The notes beneath the pieces are model-generated. The model ran no database searches. It saw only the letters and a program-made list of their open reading frames with translations, and was not told the origin of the DNA. From Thermoanaerobaculia bacterium (GTDB lineage: Bacteria; Acidobacteriota; Thermoanaerobaculia; Multivoradales; Multivoraceae), in NCBI GenBank assembly GCA_963666565.1, contig OY762911.1:4544001-4608000 (forward strand): a stretch of DNA of 64,000 bases, read 5' to 3'. A program made the translations under genes and the position numbers. Positions 57,322-64,000 of the stretch are shown in pieces (the first letter of the stretch is position 1; each line of letters opens with the position of its first letter).

Positions 57322-59061
57322 CTACTCGCCGCCGCCGGCCGAGATCATCAGCACCGAGCCCTGACGGTGCTCGGCGTGACGGGACGGAGCGTTCGAGTTC
57401 GTGGTCCAGGCGTTGCCCTGTTCGTCGAACTCGATCTCGCGGGTGTAGGTGACCATCATCGGCATCCGGTACTCGACGAACTTCTCCGTCTTCGGATCGA
57501 AGCGGAGCATCGAGTCGGTGCCGGTGCCGGTGATCCAGACGTCGCCGTTCGTCGGGTTGATGTTCAGCGCGTAGGGCAGCGAGTTCGGGCCGTGCGGCAG
57601 GTCGTAGACCGTCCACTCTTCCAGGTACTCGTCGAACGACGCGACGTCGCCCGAGGCCCAGCCCGGCACCCAGACGATGCCGTCGGGCGCCACGTGCAGG
57701 CGCCGCGGCCCGTGGACCGGCGGCTTCCACTCGACGATCCGCTCGGGATCGTCGGCATCGAGCTGCGGGCGGATGCGGCCGACGCGCTGGCCGTTCAGCT
57801 TGCTGTAGAAGACGTGGCCGTTCGGCGCCACGTCGATGCCGTACGGAGTCACGCCGCGGGACTCGCCGCGGGCGCCGCCGCCGCGGACCTGATCCTTGGT
57901 CGGCAGCTTGTACTCGGTGACTTCCCACCGCTCGCCGTCCCAGGTCTCGGGATCGAGCGACATGACGCCGACGCCGTTCGGGCTGCCCGCGTCGGTCCAC
58001 CAGAGAATCCCGTCCGGCGCGAAGCGCAGGGTGTGCGGATAGCCGCCGCGCGGGCGCGGAGCGGTGCGGCCGGAGCCGATCCGCCATTCCTTCGTCTCGA
58101 CGTCGAACTCGCCCATCTGGCCCGAGTAGGCCAGGGTGACCCACATGTTGCCGTCCTCGGCCTTCTCGATCGAGTGGATGCCCGACGTCGGAGTGGACGG
58201 CGCCAGATAGTCCTTGCCGCCGGGCACGGTGTAGAAGGCCCGCTCGCCGGTGACCGGGTCGAGGGTCTCGATGACGTCCTGGGCCATATCGACGGTGTAG
58301 ACGAGGCCGTCGTCGCCCAGCTCGAGATCGTGGATCACGGCGCCGGCCTGATCGCCCATCAGCCACTCGCGGACTTCGCCCTTGAGCGACTCGCCGGACG
58401 GCGGCTCGGGCGGCTCGAAGTCGGTCCATGCCTCTTCCGCGTCGCGGCCGTAGACGTCGACGATCTTGTCGACGAGGATGTCCTGGGTGTGCTTGTACAG
58501 GCCCTGGAAGCCGTCCATGCGGGTCAGCATGACCTCCCAGTCGACCGGCTCCTCGGGCGAACGGAAGCCGACGGTGCCGACCTGGTGGCAGTAGGCGCAC
58601 ATCATCTTGAAGTTGAGCGCGTCCGCCTCGTCCTCCCACTCCATCATGTTCATCAGGTCGTGCGCCGGGCGCTGCGACTGCAGGGCCCAACCCTCGGCCT
58701 GGCGCAGGCGGACCTGAATCGGTGTCGGCTCGGTCGTTTCCTTGAGGTCCTTCCACTCGTCGAGCCAGCCCATCAGGCGGACGCGGAGCTTGTACTTGCC
58801 GGCGGGGACGGCGGGCAGCTTGTAGGCGCCGTCCGGCTGGCTGTAGACCGAGATGCTGCGCTGCTCGTCGGTCGAGAACAGCGACACGGTGGCGCCCTGG
58901 ATCGGCTCGCCGCCGCTGCCGACGACCGAGCCCGTGTAGACGGTGAGCGGAGCGTCGAGGTTGTTCGCGTTCGGAGCGGCCGCGAGACTCGCGGACGCGA
59001 CGAGCGCCAGGATCGCGAAGCCGGTGAGGGCGACCGGGGTGGACGGAGCGGGTCGGGACAT
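57322..59061 (-). CDS. Secreted carboxypeptidase-regulatory-like + heme c motif + Vgb-lyase-like beta-propeller protein
   Basis: Signal peptide; GEPIQGATV...DGAY; CAYCH; repeated PYGIDVAPNG and PRRLHVAPDGIVW blades. Confidence 0.8.
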   Translation of the reverse strand: MSRPAPSTPVALTGFAILALVASASLAAAPNANNLDAPLTVYTGSVVGSGGEPIQGATVSLFSTDEQRSISVYSQPDGAYKLPAVPAGKYKLRVRLMGWLDEWKDLKETTEPTPIQVRLRQAEGWALQSQRPAHDLMNMMEWEDEADALNFKMMCAYCHQVGTVGFRSPEEPVDWEVMLTRMDGFQGLYKHTQDILVDKIVDVYGRDAEEAWTDFEPPEPPSGESLKGEVREWLMGDQAGAVIHDLELGDDGLVYTVDMAQDVIETLDPVTGERAFYTVPGGKDYLAPSTPTSGIHSIEKAEDGNMWVTLAYSGQMGEFDVETKEWRIGSGRTAPRPRGGYPHTLRFAPDGILWWTDAGSPNGVGVMSLDPETWDGERWEVTEYKLPTKDQVRGGGARGESRGVTPYGIDVAPNGHVFYSKLNGQRVGRIRPQLDADDPERIVEWKPPVHGPRRLHVAPDGIVWVPGWASGDVASFDEYLEEWTVYDLPHGPNSLPYALNINPTNGDVWITGTGTDSMLRFDPKTEKFVEYRMPMMVTYTREIEFDEQGNAWTTNSNAPSRHAEHRQGSVLMISAGGGE

Positions 59062-59180
59062 GGAACCTCCTGTGCCTGCCTTGAGGGTAGCTTGGGGTGC
59101 AGTTGTTCCGGGACTATACAGGAAGGCCCCCCGCGGAACCGCGCGGCGCCACGCTCGAAGGCCCAAGGTAGTCTCCGCCG

Positions 59181-60629
59181 ATGCAGGAGCGACCGGGCGC
59201 CGACCGTCTCGACCGCTTCGCCGAGAATCCGCGGCGGGCGCTGTGGCTGCTGGCGATGCCGATCCTGATCGGCATGTCGATCCAGACGCTCTACATGATC
59301 GTCGACATGTTCTTCGTCGGCCGCGTGAGCCCCGAGGCGCTGACGGCTCTGGCGTTCAACATGCCGCTGGTGTTCCTGGCGATGGGCGTGACCTTCGGCC
59401 TGGGCACCGGCATCACCGCGGCGATCGCCCAGGCGATCGGCGCGCGCGACCGGGTGCGGGCCGACCGCGCCGCGGAACATGCCGTGGCGATCGGCGCCCT
59501 GGTCGCGGCGCTGACGACGGGCTCGGCGCTCGCCTTCGGCATTCCCCTGCTCCACGCGCTCGGCGTGCCGGCCGAACTCGTGCCCCAGGCCTGGAGCTAC
59601 TTCCGCGTGCTCGCATGCGGCTACCCCTTCATGGTGCTGGCCGTCTTCTTCCGCTCGATCCTCTCGGGCGAGGGCAACGTGAAGACGCCGGTCATGGTCC
59701 AGGGCGCGGCCACCGTGCTGAACATCGCGCTCGATCCGCTGTTCATCTTCACCTTCGGCATGGGCGTGGCCGGCGCCGCCCTGGCGACGATCGTCAGCCA
59801 GGCGGTGGCCGCGCTGGTCTTCGTCTACCTGCTGTTCGTGGCCAAGCTCTCCTACGTCCGCTTCGATCTCCGGAACTTCCGCTACGACGGCGCCATCGCG
59901 CGCAGCATCTGCGTGATCGGCCTGCCGGCTTCGCTGTCGTTCCTGGTCATGTCGATGGGCGGCGGCGTGCTCAACCGCATCCTGGTCGAGCACACGCCGG
60001 ACGCGGTGGCCGCGCTCCAGATCGGCAGCCGCCTCGACCATGTGGTCATCCTGCCGCAAGTCGCGGTCGCCTCCGGGTTGGTGACCCTGGTCGGCATGTT
60101 CTACGGCGCCCGCCGCGGCGATCTGCTGCGGGAGATCGTGCGCTACGCCATGGTGAGGACCGTCCTGCTCAGCGTCGCGATCGCCGCCGCGTTCTACGTC
60201 CTCGCGCCGGCTCTCGTCGCGCTCTTCACGGACAGTCCGGGCATCGTGTCCCTCGGGGTCGACTACCTGCGGGTGGTCGTCTTCGCCTATCCGTTCATCG
60301 GGATCTCCATCCTGACCGGCCGCAGCCTGCAGGGACTGGGCCGCGGCTCGCCGGAGCTCTGGCTGTCCCTGCTGCGGGTCATCCTGATCACCGCTCCGCT
60401 GGCCTGGGCGGCGACGTTCTGGCTGCGCGGACCGGTGGAGTGGGTGTGGTACTCGTCGTTGATCGGCACGGTGGTCTCGGCGTCCATCGCGCTCGTCTGG
60501 CTGGCGGCCGGCGTACGCCAGGCGATCGCGAGGTTCGGCAGCGGCGAGTCGCCGCTCGACGCGGCGGCCGGCGCCGGCGCCGCCGAACTGCCGGTCGACG
60601 CCGCGACCGAAGCCCCCGAACCCGCATGA
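59181..60629 (+). CDS. MATE family efflux transporter
   Basis: LAMPILIG...YMIVDMFFVG, LNIALDPLFIF and GVAGAALAT. Confidence 0.93.
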   Translation: MQERPGADRLDRFAENPRRALWLLAMPILIGMSIQTLYMIVDMFFVGRVSPEALTALAFNMPLVFLAMGVTFGLGTGITAAIAQAIGARDRVRADRAAEHAVAIGALVAALTTGSALAFGIPLLHALGVPAELVPQAWSYFRVLACGYPFMVLAVFFRSILSGEGNVKTPVMVQGAATVLNIALDPLFIFTFGMGVAGAALATIVSQAVAALVFVYLLFVAKLSYVRFDLRNFRYDGAIARSICVIGLPASLSFLVMSMGGGVLNRILVEHTPDAVAALQIGSRLDHVVILPQVAVASGLVTLVGMFYGARRGDLLREIVRYAMVRTVLLSVAIAAAFYVLAPALVALFTDSPGIVSLGVDYLRVVVFAYPFIGISILTGRSLQGLGRGSPELWLSLLRVILITAPLAWAATFWLRGPVEWVWYSSLIGTVVSASIALVWLAAGVRQAIARFGSGESPLDAAAGAGAAELPVDAATEAPEPA

Positions 60630-61255
60630 AGCGAGCCGCGCTCGGCGCCGCCTCGCTGTGCGCGGTCCTGGCCGTCGGCGCCGCGACCGCCCAGGACTGC
60701 CCCGGCCCCGAGCTGCACGGCCTCTTCCCGCAGGACATCTACGTCTTCCGAGCCTTCGTCACCGAGGCGGCGGCGCTGCCGCTGGAAGACGGCGGCGCCT
60801 TCCAGCTCGAGGTGCAGGTCGAAGGCGCCGTCCACATGCCGCGGCCCAGGTCGCGCTACGCCGTGACGGTCGAGATCGCGGACGAGGACTGCAACGCGCG
60901 GCCGATGACCGCCCGGGAACTGCGGGACCGCTTCGCCGTCGGCGACGAGGTGAAGATCGTCGCACACGAGATCCCGGGATCGGCGCGGTCGCTCGTGGCC
61001 CCGTTGCGCCGCGTCGCCCTGGTCATGGCGGAAGCCGGCGAGAGCGGCCTGATCAAGAACGACTTCGACTACTACGACGCCCTGCTCGAACTGGACGCCC
61101 GCTTCGCGGACACCGAGAAGTTCTCGCTCGTCTCGCAGATGGGCCGCTACCTGCCCACCAGGGACGACTTCAGGCGGCTGCTCGAGGAGCAGATCCAGGA
61201 ACGGCGCTTCCGGCGCCAGTTGCTCGATCTCTACGACGCGCTCAGGGAACCGTAG
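60626..61255 (+). CDS. Secreted hypothetical protein
   Basis: ATGA-coupled to the MATE gene; signal peptide MKRAALGAASLCAVLAVGAATA; coding-like codon usage. Confidence 0.7.
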   Translation: MKRAALGAASLCAVLAVGAATAQDCPGPELHGLFPQDIYVFRAFVTEAAALPLEDGGAFQLEVQVEGAVHMPRPRSRYAVTVEIADEDCNARPMTARELRDRFAVGDEVKIVAHEIPGSARSLVAPLRRVALVMAEAGESGLIKNDFDYYDALLELDARFADTEKFSLVSQMGRYLPTRDDFRRLLEEQIQERRFRRQLLDLYDALREP

Positions 61256-61784
61256 CGAGATCGCGCTCCATCACCTGGAAGTGAATCGGGCGGAGCGGCC
61301 TTCTCGTCGGCGGCGGATTGACGGCCTCGAACGGTTCCCTCCGGACGACCCGGTAGCCCCGCCGTCCGTACCAGGCCGACAGCTCCGGCCGGGTGCTGAG
61401 CACCCAGAGCTGGCAGACGCCGCAGCCCGCTTCCCGCAGCCAGTCCTCGCCCGCCGCCATCAGGTCGCGGCCCAGCCCAAGGCTCTGCCGCGCCGTTGCC
61501 ACCGAGACCAGGCCCAGATAGCCGGTTTCGCCGCGCAACTCGAGGTAGACGCAGCCCGCCAGCGCCCCGAGACTCGCTTCGCTGCGTTCCTCGGCGCGTG
61601 CTCCTGGAGCGGGATCGTCCCCGTCGCACACGAGGAACGCGCCGCGCTCCAGGCGGTCCATCACCTCCGGGAGCGCGATCCGCTCGCCGGTCAGCATGTC
61701 CGCCTCGACCTCGAAAGCGTCGTTGACGAGGGCGACGAGCGCCGCGGCGTCGGCGACCGTGGCGCTCCGGCAGGCGAAGGGCAT
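61242..61784 (-). CDS. GNAT family N-acetyltransferase
   Basis: LVNDAF, YLGLVSV...QSLGLGRDLM and WYGRRGY. Confidence 0.85.
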   Translation of the reverse strand: MPFACRSATVADAAALVALVNDAFEVEADMLTGERIALPEVMDRLERGAFLVCDGDDPAPGARAEERSEASLGALAGCVYLELRGETGYLGLVSVATARQSLGLGRDLMAAGEDWLREAGCGVCQLWVLSTRPELSAWYGRRGYRVVRREPFEAVNPPPTRRPLRPIHFQVMERDLATVP

Positions 61785-61957
61785 GGCGCGGATGGTAGCG
61801 CCCAAGACCCGTCGCTGGCGCCGTGTTTCGGCCCGTCCCGTCCTCGCCCGGGAGCTTTCGCCGCAACTCGCCGCGCCGTCTTCCAGGGCGCAAACCCCTC
61901 GGGCCAGCCGCCTGTATCCTCCGATCCCTCTTCACCACCTACAGGAACAAACGCAGC

Positions 61958-64000
61958 ATGCCGAACCTCGAACGGGTCCTGATCAGCAACCGCGGCGAGA
62001 TCGCCATCCGCATCGCCAAGGCCGCGCAGGCCCTGGGCATGGAATCGGTCGGGGTCTACTCCGCCGCCGACTCCCTGTCGCTCCACACGCGGCTGACGAC
62101 GGAGGCGATCGAGATCGGCAACGGCGCCCCGGACGATCCCGTCGCCGCCTATCTCGACGCCGCCGGCCTGGTTGCCGCGGCCCGTGCCGGCGGCTGCGAC
62201 TGCGTCCACCCCGGCTACGGCTTCCTGGCCGAGAACGCGGACTTCGCCGAGCGGTGCGCGGCGGCCGGCCTGGTCTTCGTGGGACCGCCGCCGGCCGCCC
62301 TGTCGCTCTTCGGCGACAAGGTGCGAGCCCGCCGACTCGCGGCCTCGCTCGACATCCCGGTCGTTCCCGGCAGCGACGGACCGGTCGCGTCGGCGGACGA
62401 CGCCGTCGAACTCGGCCGCCGGCTCGGCTATCCCGTCATGCTGAAGGCGGCCGCGGGAGGAGGAGGCCGGGGAATCCGCGCCGTGCGGTCGGCCGAAGAG
62501 ATGGCCGAGGCGTTCGAGCGGTGCCGGAGCGAGGCCGAGGCGGCGTTCGGCGACGGCGCGGTGTTCGCGGAGAAGCTGATCGAACGTCCGCGGCACATCG
62601 AGGTCCAGGTCCTGGCCGACGCGGGCGGCAACGTCCTCCACCTGCACGAACGGGACTGCTCCGTCCAGTTGCGCAATCAGAAGGTGATCGAGACGGCGCC
62701 CGCGCCGGGCCTGGACGGCGACCTGCGGCGGCGCCTCCTCGCCGACGCCGTCCGGCTGATGGAGGCGGCTGGCTACGTCAACGCCGGCACGGTGGAGTTC
62801 CTCGTCGTCCCGGAGACCGGCGAACACCTCTTCATCGAGTGCAACGCCCGCATCCAGGTCGAGCACACGGTGACCGAGCAGGTCACCGGGTTCGATCTCG
62901 TGGAGGCGCAGTTCCGGATCGCCGCCGGCGCCGGGCTGGGCGACCTCGGGCTGGGCGACCAGGCGGCGGTGGGCGAGCCGCGGGGCTTCGCGGTGCAGGC
63001 GCGGGTCGTTGCTCGCGGCGCGGGAACGCTGAGCGCCTACAAGGAGCCGAGCGGTCCGGGCGTGCGGGTCGACGGCTGCGGCTACGTGGGCTACTCGCCA
63101 CCGCCGCAGTTCGATCCGCTGCTGGCCAAGGTGACGGCCTCGAGTTCGTCCTCGTTCGGGCCCGACGCCGCGGCCTTCGCGGCCGCGGTGGATCGCACGC
63201 GGAGAGCGGTCTCCGAGTTCCACGTCGGCGGTCTCGCCACGAACCTCGACCAGCTCCAGGCAATTCTCGGCCATCCGGCGGTCCGCGCCGGCGACGCGCG
63301 GACCACGCTGCTGGAAGAGAACCCCGATCTGCTCGCCGCCGGGGCCGGGGCGGGCGGCGGCGCGGGCGGCGCGGCCGCGAACGGCGCGATGACGCTGCTG
63401 CGGCAGCAAGCCACGGTGATGGGGCTGTCGGTCGCGAGCGGCGCGGGCACGCAGCCGGCGGCGCGAACGGCCGCCGCCGAACTCGACGTCGAGCCCGGCC
63501 AGCACGCCGTCGCCTGCCCGATGGCCGGTTCCGTGCTCGAGGTGCGCGTCACGGGCGGAGAACGGGTCGCCGCCGGCGACACGCTGCTCGTCGTCAGCGC
63601 GATGAAGATGGAGTCGGCCGTGGCGTCGCCCTGCGACGGGCGGATCGCGGCCATGCAGCCGCTGCAGCCGGGCGACACGGTGGAGGCCGGCCAGGTGGTC
63701 GCGGCCATCGTGCCGGCCGAGGGCGTGGCGGACGAAACGGCCGCCGAGCCCCGGGAAGACACCTGGGCGCCGATGCTCGACGACGTCGCCACGATGCAGG
63801 CCCTGGCGCACGAGCGCCTCGCGCCGGGCTCCGACGATCCCGGCGTCGTCCGCCAGCGCAGCCGCGGCAAGCTGACCTGCCGCGAGCGGATCGACCTCCT
63901 GCTCGACGACGGCTCCTTCCACGAGATCGGCAGCATCGCCGGCTTCGCCTCCTACGACGAGGACGGCGCGATCACGGCGTTCACGCCGGCCAACCACGTC
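61958..64000 (+). CDS. Single-chain acyl-CoA carboxylase (biotin carboxylase-BCCP-carboxyltransferase), runs off the window
   Basis: Not in the ORF track; read by hand. MPNLERVLISNRGEIAIRI, HPGYGFLAEN, KAAAGGGGRG, RDCSVQ, biotin motif AMKME and CT start RGKLTCRERIDLLLD. Confidence 0.92.
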   Translation, partial: MPNLERVLISNRGEIAIRIAKAAQALGMESVGVYSAADSLSLHTRLTTEAIEIGNGAPDDPVAAYLDAAGLVAAARAGGCDCVHPGYGFLAENADFAERCAAAGLVFVGPPPAALSLFGDKVRARRLAASLDIPVVPGSDGPVASADDAVELGRRLGYPVMLKAAAGGGGRGIRAVRSAEEMAEAFERCRSEAEAAFGDGAVFAEKLIERPRHIEVQVLADAGGNVLHLHERDCSVQLRNQKVIETAPAPGLDGDLRRRLLADAVRLMEAAGYVNAGTVEFLVVPETGEHLFIECNARIQVEHTVTEQVTGFDLVEAQFRIAAGAGLGDLGLGDQAAVGEPRGFAVQARVVARGAGTLSAYKEPSGPGVRVDGCGYVGYSPPPQFDPLLAKVTASSSSSFGPDAAAFAAAVDRTRRAVSEFHVGGLATNLDQLQAILGHPAVRAGDARTTLLEENPDLLAAGAGAGGGAGGAAANGAMTLLRQQATVMGLSVASGAGTQPAARTAAAELDVEPGQHAVACPMAGSVLEVRVTGGERVAAGDTLLVVSAMKMESAVASPCDGRIAAMQPLQPGDTVEAGQVVAAIVPAEGVADETAAEPREDTWAPMLDDVATMQALAHERLAPGSDDPGVVRQRSRGKLTCRERIDLLLDDGSFHEIGSIAGFASYDEDGAITAFTPANHV

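Noticed and set aside
61691-63997. 768-aa minus-strand ORF
   Set aside because: Antisense to the plus-strand carboxylase, which carries all the expected motifs.

Overview
GC-rich bacterial chromosome segment. A duplicated C-terminal 'LCLxxGRF...N(I/V)ELxxKxLDG...N..WV...L(S/T)DV(E/D)YxLTVTDT' domain and the gene content suggest Acidobacteriota, Thermoanaerobaculia-like (inference). The left end carries a type I-G (formerly I-U) CRISPR-Cas interference operon in csb1-csb2-cas3-csb3 order. It runs off the window and no array or cas1/cas2 is visible. A higBA toxin-antitoxin pair is transcribed divergently from it. The middle is mostly housekeeping and metabolic genes: a SelD fusion, a stand-alone rpsD, ogt/alkA, an sqdB/glycosyltransferase cluster, metX, mltA, ABC/MFS transporters, SDRs and an acyl-CoA dehydrogenase. 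Features the gene list does not explain: (i) a family of multi-hairpin REP-like repeats, about 12 intergenic copies; (ii) a TANNNT box 6-7 nt before many start codons, implying pervasive leaderless mRNAs; (iii) a probable ACG start for sqdB; (iv) an accessory island at about 53.9-57.2 kb where hipA, phd/vapC and an ATPase+partner pair have collapsed by internal deletion, interleaved with paralogous unknown membrane proteins; (v) an 87-bp gene-junction duplication that creates a chimeric mini-ORF; (vi) a long inverted-repeat element near fitAB. Family assignments come from motif recognition by eye; no searches were run.
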